Shown one piece after another: positions 1 to 8,573 of a stretch of 64,000 nt of DNA. The first letter of the stretch is position 1, and each line of letters starts with the position of its first letter. The stretch comes from a virus (Duplodnaviria > Caudoviricetes), in the IMG/VR virus record IMGVR_UViG_2808606883_000001, positions 3,917-67,916 of that record; one strand, 5' to 3'. The notes under the pieces are model-generated. The model saw only the letters and a list, made by a program, of their open reading frames with translations, was not told the DNA's origin and ran no database searches. A program made the position numbers and the translations under genes.

Positions 1-872
1 GAGCTGGCGGCGTCGATGACAGCTCGGCCTTTCTTTGTGATGGTGAAATGGTCGCAGTCAAGCAGTCCGGCACCGGCCCACTTCATCAGCAGCCCGTAAT
101 CGACGCATGTTTCGCCATCGTCATCGAAGTCGTGGCACGCGCGAATGAACTCGTCGCGCTCGTCACTATCCTCGAACGGCGGCGTATCAGCCCTGGCACC
201 ATCGGCGGCGAACTGGAGCGCCGGCCGCATGTTGTGGATGCCGAGGCTTTCGAAGTACGTACCGACCTCGCGCACGATTTCTGGCGTCACCGGCTCGCGA
301 CCGAACTCCATCGCGGACAGCTTCGCGGGTGACAGCAGCATCGCTTGCCCCATGTCGTACAGCGAGGTTTGCGCGACGATCCGGAGCGCGCGCACGAGCA
401 TCCCATATGGTGTGAGCGGATTCGTGAGGCTCGGCGCGGGTTCGTCCGTCACCTCGCCGCTCGGCTGCCGCGCGCCCGTAAGCATAGCCAGAATCACGCT
501 CGCGCGAGCGGCACGGGGTGCATCATCACGTGAGCCGTTCGCCATCGTCACATTGATCTCGTCGCGATTTTGCGGGCGTCGTTCGTCGGTTAAGCGGTAG
601 AGCAGGCCACCGCTCTGGAGCCACCCATCAGCATCGGGGCGTTTCGCCTGCGCTTCCTCCCGCTCCCGTATATCCTCTTCCGTAGGAAACTGCACCATCG
701 GATTCTTGAGGGTCGGCGCTTCGGTCGGACGCCGCGCCTCAGCGAGAAGCGAGCGAAGCGCCTTTGCATGGCTGTCGAGCACGGAGCCTGATTGATAGGC
801 GATTCTCTCGACATTGGACAGCGCCCATCGGATAGCGCCGAGTTGAGCGTCACTAAGATCGTTCACGATCAC
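1..872 (-). CDS. Mosaic phage accessory protein with internal XRE-like HTH module (runs off window start)
   Basis: Manual translation from GTG 872 (GTGA overlap with upstream stop) is open to base 1; contains TPYGMLVRALRIVAQTSLYDMGQAMLLSPAKLSAMEFGREPVT. Not in the ORF track because it is truncated. Confidence 0.6.
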   Translation of the reverse strand, partial: MIVNDLSDAQLGAIRWALSNVERIAYQSGSVLDSHAKALRSLLAEARRPTEAPTLKNPMVQFPTEEDIREREEAQAKRPDADGWLQSGGLLYRLTDERRPQNRDEINVTMANGSRDDAPRAARASVILAMLTGARQPSGEVTDEPAPSLTNPLTPYGMLVRALRIVAQTSLYDMGQAMLLSPAKLSAMEFGREPVTPEIVREVGTYFESLGIHNMRPALQFAADGARADTPPFEDSDERDEFIRACHDFDDDGETCVDYGLLMKWAGAGLLDCDHFTITKKGRAVIDAAS

Positions 873-997
873 TTCCCATTGATAAAGTTGTACAGTGCAA
901 TGCCGATCATGCGGCCGCCAAACCAGACGATCGGGAACGTATATAACCAGACGATGAATTCCATGTCAGGCGAAAGTTTCTCGAACCATTCAAGCAT
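869..997 (-). CDS. Small hydrophobic protein (42 aa)
   Basis: MLEWFEKLSPDMEFIVWLYTFPIVWFGGRMIGIALYNFINGK; start and stop overlap both neighbours. Confidence 0.5.
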   Translation of the reverse strand: MLEWFEKLSPDMEFIVWLYTFPIVWFGGRMIGIALYNFINGK

Positions 998-2267
998 CAG
1001 TCTCTCCATTGAGAAGACGTTTGATTTGCGCGTCGCGATCAGCAACGTCGTAGTAAGTGAGGCTTAATGCTTGCGCGAGAATGTGGCCGTATTCGATGAT
1101 GAACTTGTCGAGTTGCGTTGCCGTGCTAACGCCCGGACTGCTGGTGATAGGCGATCCTTGGTGCCACAGCATCATGCAGAAATTCGCAACGTCGCGCGGG
1201 TCGCCTTTCTCGACGTGCTCGCGCAGCATCCACGACAGATTCTCAGGGCTGCACGTCTGCCAGCCGCCACGGCCCTTGAGCCTTGCTTTGGCGAGCTTGT
1301 CCTTCATGACGGTCGCGAATACGTCAACTGCGACATCGTCTGGGTGCGGATTGACGCTCAAGCGAGATTCCAGTTCAGCAATCCGCCTTGCTTGCTGACG
1401 ATTGATTTCGGTGGGATAAGCGCACGGCAAATCCGGGCCGGTCGAGCTACAGAGTTTGCAGACCGGCTCGCGCGCCTCGGCCGGTGCGTCGGCCTGCTCA
1501 TGCAGAGCGAGAATCGACCGCAGTTGGTCGGCAGTCCCGGGCAGCCCGCCATCATTTGCCAAGCAAATCGCTTCGTTGAGCGCATCACGTTGTTCTTCAT
1601 CCAGTGCGTCGGCCGGCGCTTTCCCGCAGTACCGGCACTGCATTTCGCCGTGACGGCCTTCCGGTGCGTAGCTGCACGATGCGCCGCTGGCCGCGCATTC
1701 GTCGGGGATAGTGGCCGGTGCGTCGGCCTGCGCGGGTTGCTGGGCGGCGCCGAGCGCGGTGCGCGCTTCATTGATCACTTCCGTCCACGCGCCTTCGACA
1801 TAGCAGCGATCCTCCGGCGCGTTGTTCCGTTCATCGTCGTAGATGTCGATCAACGCCGCGAGCAGTTTGTGGAACGGCTGGTCCGCAGCGGGCGATGCTG
1901 CCGCGCGGGCTGCAAGCCACAAATCGTACAGGTCATGTGTGTTGTCGTCGGTCATCATGTCCAGCCCCCAGCTGCCGAGGCAGGTGACCAATGCTTCGAT
2001 GAAGTCGCCGTCGTTTTTCCAAACATCATGGTCCCGCAGATGTGCAAACTGACGTTTAGCCTCGGTATCAATCCAGCTATCGTCTTGCGGCGCCCGCTCG
2101 TCGGCCGGCGCTTCTGCTGGCTGCGAAGAGGGCAATGGTGCGTGTCGCATCAGCCACATCCGCTGGTCGAACGGGCTCATCGCAGAGAACTTGCGGTGCA
2201 GGCGGTCCATCGCTTCCTTCGGCGTTTCGGTCATCGCATCAGCGCGGCTCTGTTGTTGGTCGTTCAT
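990..2267 (-). CDS. Mosaic modular accessory protein (Ead/Ea22-like style)
   Basis: Likely start MNDQQQ at 2267; modules separated by QADAPA linkers; module DDVAVDVFATVMKDKLAKAR..KGDPRDVANFCMMLWH is typical of phage accessory proteins. Confidence 0.65.
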   Translation of the reverse strand: MNDQQQSRADAMTETPKEAMDRLHRKFSAMSPFDQRMWLMRHAPLPSSQPAEAPADERAPQDDSWIDTEAKRQFAHLRDHDVWKNDGDFIEALVTCLGSWGLDMMTDDNTHDLYDLWLAARAAASPAADQPFHKLLAALIDIYDDERNNAPEDRCYVEGAWTEVINEARTALGAAQQPAQADAPATIPDECAASGASCSYAPEGRHGEMQCRYCGKAPADALDEEQRDALNEAICLANDGGLPGTADQLRSILALHEQADAPAEAREPVCKLCSSTGPDLPCAYPTEINRQQARRIAELESRLSVNPHPDDVAVDVFATVMKDKLAKARLKGRGGWQTCSPENLSWMLREHVEKGDPRDVANFCMMLWHQGSPITSSPGVSTATQLDKFIIEYGHILAQALSLTYYDVADRDAQIKRLLNGETDA

Positions 2268-2275
2268 GGTTCGCC

Positions 2276-2614
2276 TCACGCGTGGGTTGCGTACACCGCA
2301 TACGGGCCGTCTTCGCTGTCGCCAACTTCGAGCAGCCACCAGCCGGGCTCCGGCGACACGTCCCACTCGGTGATGTCGAGGTTCCCGTTGTCGAAATACG
2401 AGACGTATGCCGGGTGATCGATGTTCTCGCCCTCGAGGTGGTATATCTTCGTCTTGATGCCAGCCTTCGATTCGAGCGTGGCCCATTGTTCCTTCGTGCA
2501 GTGCTCGGCCCCGTTCATCGTGACCGTCCAGAAATGGAGCAGGTCGGGGTGGATGAAATAGCCGTTCTCGTCGCGCACGACGGGGATCTGCTGGAGAATC
2601 GGTTGGTCGTTCAT
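2276..2614 (-). CDS. Phage hypothetical protein
   Basis: 112-aa ORF in operon orientation, normal codon usage. Confidence 0.7.
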   Translation of the reverse strand: MNDQPILQQIPVVRDENGYFIHPDLLHFWTVTMNGAEHCTKEQWATLESKAGIKTKIYHLEGENIDHPAYVSYFDNGNLDITEWDVSPEPGWWLLEVGDSEDGPYAVYATHA

Positions 2615-2624
2615 GGGGGTGTCC

Positions 2625-3974
2625 TTAGGTGGTCAGTGATTCAACTAGCTCGATGCGTGACCCGATCCAGCGCATCACCGGCACGGCCATGCTGTTGCCG
2701 AGCGCCTTGTAGCGCGGGCCATCAGCGGCCGGCTTGCCGCGCACGTTGATCAGGGTGTAGTCATCGGGGAAGCCTTGGAGGCGTTCACATTCGCGCGGGG
2801 TGAGGCGGCGCACGGCAGACCGGGCCATCATGAAGGGAACGCCGCCGCCGACATGGCCGTTCCCTTTGCGGAGCGTTCCCATTTCTCCGACATTGCTGCC
2901 CTGGCACTGGAACGCGACTGCCAGATGACCGCCGCCGTTCGAGTGAGAATCGGCATGCCCCATGCTGCGCATCGTCGAGGCGATGTCGCCGACGCCGAAT
3001 CCGTTTTGCCCCGATGCCTTGCAATCGAACGCGATTGCCGGTGCGTGCGCACTCGCCGCAAGCGGATGGCAACTATCGCCCGCACGCGGATGGCTGCGAT
3101 TCGTCGAGCTGGTGATCTGTGTCGTGTCGAACGGAACCGGCACGAGCGGCGTACCGCGCCCTGAGCCATCTTCGCTTGCGTCAAAGCCTTCGGCACGCAG
3201 CGCATGTGCAACCAGCAACGTCTCCGTTTCAAAATCCTGCCGCTGCGTCGATTTAGCGTTAAGGGCCGCGGCGACATCTATCGCGCCGGACGTGTTATTT
3301 CCGCCAAATGCTTGCTGGATCAGGCCGCCATTGCATTCGAAGTCGGTTCCGAATCCGCCACCGCCGCGAGTGCGCGCGCTAACGGTTGGGGCAACACTTT
3401 GCCCCGGCGCGCGGCTCGGCGCAGGATGCCCGAGCAGGCTTTCGCGCTCAAAAAGTACCGCTGCGGCATGTCGCCAATCTCCAAGATGTCCGACAACGAA
3501 CACACGGCGGCGTCGCTGGGCCACTCCGAAGAATTGAGCGTCAAGAACGCGGTAGGCGTACCCATACCCGAGTTCTGCCAGCCCACCGAGGAGGGTTCCA
3601 AAATCCCGTCCGCCGTTTGATGACAGAACACCGGGGACGTTTTCCCAGACCAGCCAGCGGGGAGCGTAGCGCTCAGCAATGGCAAGATAGGTGAGCATGA
3701 GGTTGCCACGCGGATCAGCCAGTCCCTTTCGGAGCCCGGCGACGCTGAAGCTTTGGCAGGGAGTTCCGCTGACGAGAAGATCGATAGTTGCATCGGGCCA
3801 TTCCTTGAATCTGGTCATGTCGCCGAGGTTCGGCACGGTCGGGTAGTGGTGCGCGAGAACGGCGATCGGGAACGGCTCGATCTCGCTGACGAACTCGGTC
3901 TGCCATCCGAGCGGATGCCAGGCGCAGCTTGCCGCTTCGATACCACTACACACCGATCCAAAACGAAGGGTCAT
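2625..3974 (-). CDS. C5 cytosine DNA methyltransferase
   Basis: Motifs FGSVCSGIE (I), GTPCQSFS (IV), WENVPG (VI), QRRRRVF (VIII), RRLTPRECERLQGFP (IX), YKALGNS (X). Confidence 0.95.
   Translation of the reverse strand: MTLRFGSVCSGIEAASCAWHPLGWQTEFVSEIEPFPIAVLAHHYPTVPNLGDMTRFKEWPDATIDLLVSGTPCQSFSVAGLRKGLADPRGNLMLTYLAIAERYAPRWLVWENVPGVLSSNGGRDFGTLLGGLAELGYGYAYRVLDAQFFGVAQRRRRVFVVGHLGDWRHAAAVLFERESLLGHPAPSRAPGQSVAPTVSARTRGGGGFGTDFECNGGLIQQAFGGNNTSGAIDVAAALNAKSTQRQDFETETLLVAHALRAEGFDASEDGSGRGTPLVPVPFDTTQITSSTNRSHPRAGDSCHPLAASAHAPAIAFDCKASGQNGFGVGDIASTMRSMGHADSHSNGGGHLAVAFQCQGSNVGEMGTLRKGNGHVGGGVPFMMARSAVRRLTPRECERLQGFPDDYTLINVRGKPAADGPRYKALGNSMAVPVMRWIGSRIELVESLTT
3320..3793 (-). CDS. Overprinted alternative-frame ORF inside the methyltransferase (M.EcoHK31I beta-subunit-like N-terminal part)
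   Basis: 157 aa, same strand, shifted frame, AAGGA upstream of ATG; WQNSGM...CSLSDILE..PQRYFLS.KAC.GILRRA.RRGK.LPQPL pattern. Confidence 0.6.
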   Translation of the reverse strand: MQLSIFSSAELPAKASASPGSERDWLIRVATSCSPILPLLSATLPAGWSGKTSPVFCHQTADGILEPSSVGWQNSGMGTPTAFLTLNSSEWPSDAAVCSLSDILEIGDMPQRYFLSAKACSGILRRAARRGKVLPQPLARALAAVADSEPTSNAMAA

Positions 3975-3996
3975 CGCTTCCTCTACAGATAAAGTC

Positions 3997-5361
3997 TCAA
4001 TGGCGGGTGCTCGACTCGCATAAGGCAGCGTGCCGAGGAAAGGTTTTCGTGAGTTCGCGATCGACAGCTTTGCCGAGCGAGCGCAGGAGATTCGCGAGCT
4101 GGGCGCGGTCCTGATGGCTTGCGGTCGCCTGCCGGAGTAGCCCGAAATACGAATTCGCGACTTGCATCAGGTCGCCGGGCGATGTCTCCGCGACACGCCG
4201 CAGCGCTTCATTACGCGTGCGCTTCCGCGTCTCGCGGCGCCACGGCTTGATCATCTGGCCGACGAAATCAATGCCGCGGTCGATCGGCTGAAGGATCGTC
4301 TTGCGCGGATTGATCCGCGCGCCCAGCCGCGCTGGCAGAAAGGCCGTGACGTCGGCGAGAATTTCATTCAGGCGAGCCGGCGACTCGTGCAGAAACACGA
4401 AATCGTCGACGTATCGGATGTAGTGCCGCGCACCAAGCACGTGCTTCGCACGCTGGTCGAGCACGTCAAGATATACGTTCGCGAAGAACTGACTCGACAG
4501 GTTTCCGATCGGAAGGCCGAGATGCGGAGCTTGCTCAAGCAGCCGTTTATGCGGCGGCACGAGATTTATCATCGTCGGATCGCCGTGGTACACGTAGTCG
4601 GCCCGTGGATCGTGCATCAGCACGGTTTCGGTCAGTGATCGCCAGAACGGCTCGGAAATCTTCGCGAGAAGCAGCTCGAGCAGGATTCGCTTGTCGATGC
4701 TGACGAAGAAGTTTGCGAGATCGCACTTCAGGTAGAAAGCGCGTCTGGACCAGTTCTGCGTGATCGAGCGCACTTTCGATTCGAGACGTTCGGCTGCGTA
4801 AAGCGTGCCACGGTCCTTGATGCAGGCACATGAATCGACGATGAAGCTGCGCTCGAAGCGCGGGCCGATCCGGTTGTAAAGCAGGTGATGCACGATGCGA
4901 TCGCGAAATGCAGCCGCCCAGACCTCGCGCGGCTTCGGTCGCGCGATGACGAAGCACGTTGAGCGGCCGGGCGTATAGCTGCCGTCGGCTAGCTCGTCGT
5001 AAAGGCGGCGCAGGTTGCGTTCGAGCCGCATCTCGAACGCCAACGCCGCATTGCTGTTTCGCTTCGTTCGCCGGCAGTCGAGATACGCTTCGACCAACTC
5101 GGCGAACGAAAATGGCCCTCGATCTGCGGACGGCGCGGGCGCGCAACTCGTTGTTCTGGTGGTTGTTGTTCTGGTTGCCGTTGTTGAAGTTCTGGTACCA
5201 CGCCCAGCCGGAAGTATCGTGCTATCTACGTCGCCCGGCCGATTGCTCAGCTGGGAAACTGCGCTGGACCTTTCCGCGCGCCGGCGGTCGGTTTCCTCAT
5301 TGCGCATGGCGGTGGCCTTGTGAGCCAGCGGCACGACCAGATTGATAGATCGCTCAGCCAT
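3997..5361 (-). CDS. DGR reverse transcriptase (start uncertain: 5379, 5361 or 5307)
   Basis: YLKCDLANFFVSI, GLPIGNLSSQFFANVYL (DGR-type GxxxSQ), RYVDDFV catalytic motif, GIDFVG. Confidence 0.95.
   Translation of the reverse strand: MAERSINLVVPLAHKATAMRNEETDRRRAERSSAVSQLSNRPGDVDSTILPAGRGTRTSTTATRTTTTRTTSCAPAPSADRGPFSFAELVEAYLDCRRTKRNSNAALAFEMRLERNLRRLYDELADGSYTPGRSTCFVIARPKPREVWAAAFRDRIVHHLLYNRIGPRFERSFIVDSCACIKDRGTLYAAERLESKVRSITQNWSRRAFYLKCDLANFFVSIDKRILLELLLAKISEPFWRSLTETVLMHDPRADYVYHGDPTMINLVPPHKRLLEQAPHLGLPIGNLSSQFFANVYLDVLDQRAKHVLGARHYIRYVDDFVFLHESPARLNEILADVTAFLPARLGARINPRKTILQPIDRGIDFVGQMIKPWRRETRKRTRNEALRRVAETSPGDLMQVANSYFGLLRQATASHQDRAQLANLLRSLGKAVDRELTKTFPRHAALCESSTRH
5123..5211 (-). 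repeat. DGR template repeat (TR), 89 nt
   Basis: Minus strand cc ggc tgg gcg tgg tac cag aac ttc aac aac ggc aac cag aac aac aac cac cag aac aac gag ttg cgc gcc cgc gcc gtc cgc aga: 9 AAC codons and a 14-nt G/C-only element near the 3' end. Confidence 0.97.
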
Positions 5362-5731
5362 GGAAGCCTTGACCTCCATGGAGCGGGCGATTGGTTGCGG
5401 ACTTCCTCCATGCAGTGGCCTGCTTGCCGATGCTCGTCGTCAACTCGATGGCGCGAGCATATGCGCCGCTGTCGACCTTGCGCTTGTTGAGGCCGAGCCG
5501 AAGTAGGAGATTGATCACCTGAAGGCGCTCGATGAGTTCCGTCAAATGCGGCGACTTGTCTCCGGCGACATTGGCGCGGTACACGAGCACGATGATCTCG
5601 ATGCACTCGAAGTTGATTTTCTCGCCGACCGAGCGTTTGAAGTTCCGCTGCATGTTTGTGACCACATCGGTCACGACATCCAGCAGATCTTCTGCGGCTC
5701 GATATATCGGCAGTTGGGTGTGCAGGGCCAC
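5354..5731 (-). CDS. avd: DGR accessory variability determinant (Avd-like four-helix bundle)
   Basis: 125 aa, helical, MALHTQLPIYRAA..., immediately upstream of TR and RT. Confidence 0.88.
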   Translation of the reverse strand: MALHTQLPIYRAAEDLLDVVTDVVTNMQRNFKRSVGEKINFECIEIIVLVYRANVAGDKSPHLTELIERLQVINLLLRLGLNKRKVDSGAYARAIELTTSIGKQATAWRKSATNRPLHGGQGFHG

Positions 5732-5745
5732 GATGGTTTAAATGA

Positions 5746-6231
5746 TCAAATTACCGAAGGGATAAATCTGCGGACGGCGCGGGCGCGCAACTCGCTGTCC
5801 TGGTGGATGTCGTCCTGGCCGCCGTAGTAGAAGTACTGGCACCACGCCCAGCCGGAGTTTTCCGAGTGCTGTTCGGCCGACCAGTAGGCCCGTTCCTGAA
5901 ACTCGCCCTTCAGGTTCGCGAAGAGAAGCGACTGCTCGCGGCGCGTCGGAAGCTCGCCACCGCGTTCGGCGGCCCATGCCTTCGCGTCGCTCCAGTTGAT
6001 GTCGTCCGCATCGCCGGGCAGCAGGATCAGGTAGTGGCTCAGAGATCCGTCGTCGTTCAGGATCGGGCCAGCGAATCGCTCGCCGGCGGCGAGCGGGATC
6101 GTTGCTGCGTCGATGCGATATTCCGTGGCGTGCGCCTGCGTCCTGAACGCCTCGATCATTGCGTCGATGCGCTCTTGATCCGCCTTGATGCGTGCCTGTT
6201 CGGCGTCGATCTGTTCAAGCGTGATCGTCAT
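5746..6231 (-). CDS. DGR target protein 1 (DUF1566/C-type-lectin-like with N-terminal coiled coil)
   Basis: LPTRREQ..YWS..GWAW...ELRARAVRR motifs; C-terminal VR1. Confidence 0.92.
   Translation of the reverse strand: MTITLEQIDAEQARIKADQERIDAMIEAFRTQAHATEYRIDAATIPLAAGERFAGPILNDDGSLSHYLILLPGDADDINWSDAKAWAAERGGELPTRREQSLLFANLKGEFQERAYWSAEQHSENSGWAWCQYFYYGGQDDIHQDSELRARAVRRFIPSVI
5767..5855 (-). repeat. Variable repeat VR1
   Basis: Colinear with TR; 11 mismatches, all at TR adenines. Confidence 0.97.
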
Positions 6232-6261
6232 TGCGATGCTCCGTTGTGAATGGGTGAAGGG

Positions 6262-6786
6262 TTAAATCGACAATCTGCGGACGGCGCGGGCGCGCAACTC
6301 GCCGTACTGGTGGTAGTAGCCCTGGTGGCCGTCGCCGAAGTCCTGGTACCACGCCCAGCCGGCGTATTCGGGGTCGTCGTCAGGCGTGTTCGACCAGTAC
6401 GCGGCCGGCTCGAACTGATCGCGGCACTTCTCGTACGCGATCACGAGCTCAGCACGCGTCGGCAGGTCGCCGCCGATCGACTTCGCCCAGTCCATCTGCT
6501 CTTGCCACGACGCGCGGTCGTGATCGCCGGGCAGCAGGATGGTGTGCGTGACGTCGCCATTCGCGTCGACGAAGCCGCCGAGGTAGACCTCGCCTTCGGC
6601 GAGCGCCACCGAAGTGATTCGCGCATACCGATTCAACGCTTCGGCGACCGTGGGGAGCCCAAGATCGAATTTGAAACTGCCGTCTTTCTTGACGTGAACA
6701 ATCTCTGGGTAGCCCTTCTCGTACGGGTTTAGTTCGACAGCGAACTTTTCGCCTTCAGCGAGCGGGAGAAGCTGGATCTGTTGCAT
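6262..6786 (-). CDS. DGR target protein 2 (DUF1566-like)
   Basis: ILLPGD..WAKSIGGDLPTR..YWS..GWAW..ELRARAVRR; C-terminal VR2. Confidence 0.92.
   Translation of the reverse strand: MQQIQLLPLAEGEKFAVELNPYEKGYPEIVHVKKDGSFKFDLGLPTVAEALNRYARITSVALAEGEVYLGGFVDANGDVTHTILLPGDHDRASWQEQMDWAKSIGGDLPTRAELVIAYEKCRDQFEPAAYWSNTPDDDPEYAGWAWYQDFGDGHQGYYHQYGELRARAVRRLSI
6274..6362 (-). repeat. Variable repeat VR2
   Basis: Colinear with TR; 12 mismatches, all at TR adenines. Confidence 0.97.
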
Positions 6787-6891
6787 GATTTCTCCTTGTT
6801 GATTTGAAAAGAGCGAAAAGGCGCATCACCGCCAGCACTTACCGAGATCATCGCCGTTAGGCTTCATCGTGGCTGGGGTGGGCGCGTGAGG

Positions 6892-7665
6892 TTAGGCGGC
6901 TTGCTTGCGAAGCGCGTGCTCGTAGTGATCTACAAAGACGGCAAACTCCCACAGATCTTTCTCCATCGCTTCGATAAACGAATCGTCGCGTTTGACTTCG
7001 ACCATGGTGAATTGCTTGCCGACAGATGCGAGCGCGGGACAGTAGAGGCCTACGTGCCACCAATTCCGCCCACATAGCCACATTCCTCCCATAGCCTGCT
7101 CTTGCACTTCGGTAACGTCATGCTCAAGCACGATCGCGCGGAGTTTGTCGGGCGCAAGGAAACACTTGTATTCGCTGCCGCCATCGGGATCAATCAACCC
7201 GTCCGCACTGCAGCCGAAGCGGCCGTCCTCGGTTCGAACGAATCCTGCGCGTTTGACGAATAGTCCGGTGAGCGCTTCGTGCTCCATCCTCGCTTCGGGC
7301 TCGAGATCTCGTCCGCGGCGCATTTGCCATGTTTCGAAGCCTTCATCCAACGGCGCACCGCTGATGCGCTCGACGGCCAGTCGGAAAGCGTAGTCCTTCG
7401 CAACGTCAGACCAATCACCCACCTTCTCGCCCTTGAGTGCGCGCTTGACGCCCTCCGAACTGGGCATCGTCTTGTAGCCGGCGAACTCTGCTGCTTGCTT
7501 CTCCGTCATGCCACTGATAACCGCATCAACATATTTCTGTTGGCGCTCGTCCAGGCAGTTGACCCTTTCTCGCACCGTCGAAAACATGCTGGCCGTTATG
7601 CAGCCGGCTCTAGCTCGAAACCACTCTTCGCCGCCCTGCGGGCACTCGATAATCTGAACGCTCAT
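6892..7665 (-). CDS. YqaJ-like/lambda-exonuclease-family recombination nuclease
   Basis: QGGEEWFRARAGCITAS, RGRDLEPEAR, GCSADGLI, EYKC motifs. Confidence 0.88.
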   Translation of the reverse strand: MSVQIIECPQGGEEWFRARAGCITASMFSTVRERVNCLDERQQKYVDAVISGMTEKQAAEFAGYKTMPSSEGVKRALKGEKVGDWSDVAKDYAFRLAVERISGAPLDEGFETWQMRRGRDLEPEARMEHEALTGLFVKRAGFVRTEDGRFGCSADGLIDPDGGSEYKCFLAPDKLRAIVLEHDVTEVQEQAMGGMWLCGRNWWHVGLYCPALASVGKQFTMVEVKRDDSFIEAMEKDLWEFAVFVDHYEHALRKQAA

Positions 7666-8573
7666 TGCGCCCCTCCTTGCTCTCGCGCGAGTTGCTGTTT
7701 TAAGTCCTCTTCGAGGTCATCGTCGGCGCCAGGCTCATGTTGTGGCAGCTCAGCTTGTTTGGCGGGTAGAGACTTGCTCTTTTCTGCCATCGCGGCCTTG
7801 AAGGCATCCGATGCGCCAGCATCTTTCGCGGCGTTGATTTCCTTGACGCCACGTTTCCAGAGTGCGTCAAACTCTTCGCGCGTCTTGACGGCTTTGACTT
7901 CCTCGACCAGTTTCTGTGCAAGGGCGCTAAGCACCGGCTCACCCGCACCCTCCTGCCCCGCCAGGTGGTCGCGAAGCGTTTCGTCCAACTCTTCCAGATC
8001 CTGAGAAAAGATGTCCGACGCAGCCGTGACATTGAGAACCATCGCCATCTTGGCTCGCTTGCAGGCCATTTTCAGGACCGTGTTTGCGAGATCGGATGGT
8101 TCCGTGCGCACCTGATTGGCCTTATAGAACCCGCCTCCCTGCTTCTTGCCAAACTTCACTCGGCGCATCGTCGCTGGCGTGATCTCGAATTCCTCATCAC
8201 AGACGGCACCGCGCCACTTGTATTTCTCTTCGCCGGTGGATGCCTCGCCCATGCCCGACCCGAGTTCGATTCCGCTCGTTTGATGTTTGCCAACGCACGT
8301 CACCCGGTAGCGGATCATGTCCGGCGTGGACAGATCGTCGATCCGGTATTCATCAGCAATTCGGAACGACATACACAGTACTTCGGCGCCAGCCTTGTAA
8401 AGCGCCGGCTTCGGCGTGCCAGGAATCTTCCCGTAGTGGACGTTTTCCTTCATCACGGCGCGCATGACTTCCTGCACGGCTGCAGCGTGGGCCACAACCT
8501 CCATGGCCGACATGCGGCCCGCGTTGACTAGCGCTGCCGGAGCACGTTGGGGCATTTCGATGATTTCGTTCAC
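7662..8573 (-). CDS. Putative single-strand annealing/recombination protein
   Basis: Translationally coupled upstream of the exonuclease; YGKIPGTPKPALYKAGAE and NTVLKMACKRA motifs; subfamily not determined. Confidence 0.6.
   Translation of the reverse strand: MNEIIEMPQRAPAALVNAGRMSAMEVVAHAAAVQEVMRAVMKENVHYGKIPGTPKPALYKAGAEVLCMSFRIADEYRIDDLSTPDMIRYRVTCVGKHQTSGIELGSGMGEASTGEEKYKWRGAVCDEEFEITPATMRRVKFGKKQGGGFYKANQVRTEPSDLANTVLKMACKRAKMAMVLNVTAASDIFSQDLEELDETLRDHLAGQEGAGEPVLSALAQKLVEEVKAVKTREEFDALWKRGVKEINAAKDAGASDAFKAAMAEKSKSLPAKQAELPQHEPGADDDLEEDLKQQLAREQGGAQ

Larger units (their letters stand above)
3997..6786 (-). mobile_element. Diversity-generating retroelement cassette: target2 - target1 - avd - TR - RT
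   Basis: RT, Avd, AAC-rich TR and two adjacent VR-bearing genes; third VR at 13836-13924. Confidence 0.97.

Noticed and set aside
3997-5361. RT as group II intron, retron or Abi RT
   Set aside because: Adjacent Avd, TR/VR pairs and the GNLSSQ motif identify a DGR RT; no intron maturase/endonuclease domain or msr-msd was seen.
6804-6815. boxA-like CGCTCTTTTCAA upstream of the DGR cassette
   Set aside because: It has several mismatches to the consensus and no supporting boxB-like hairpin; too weak to call.
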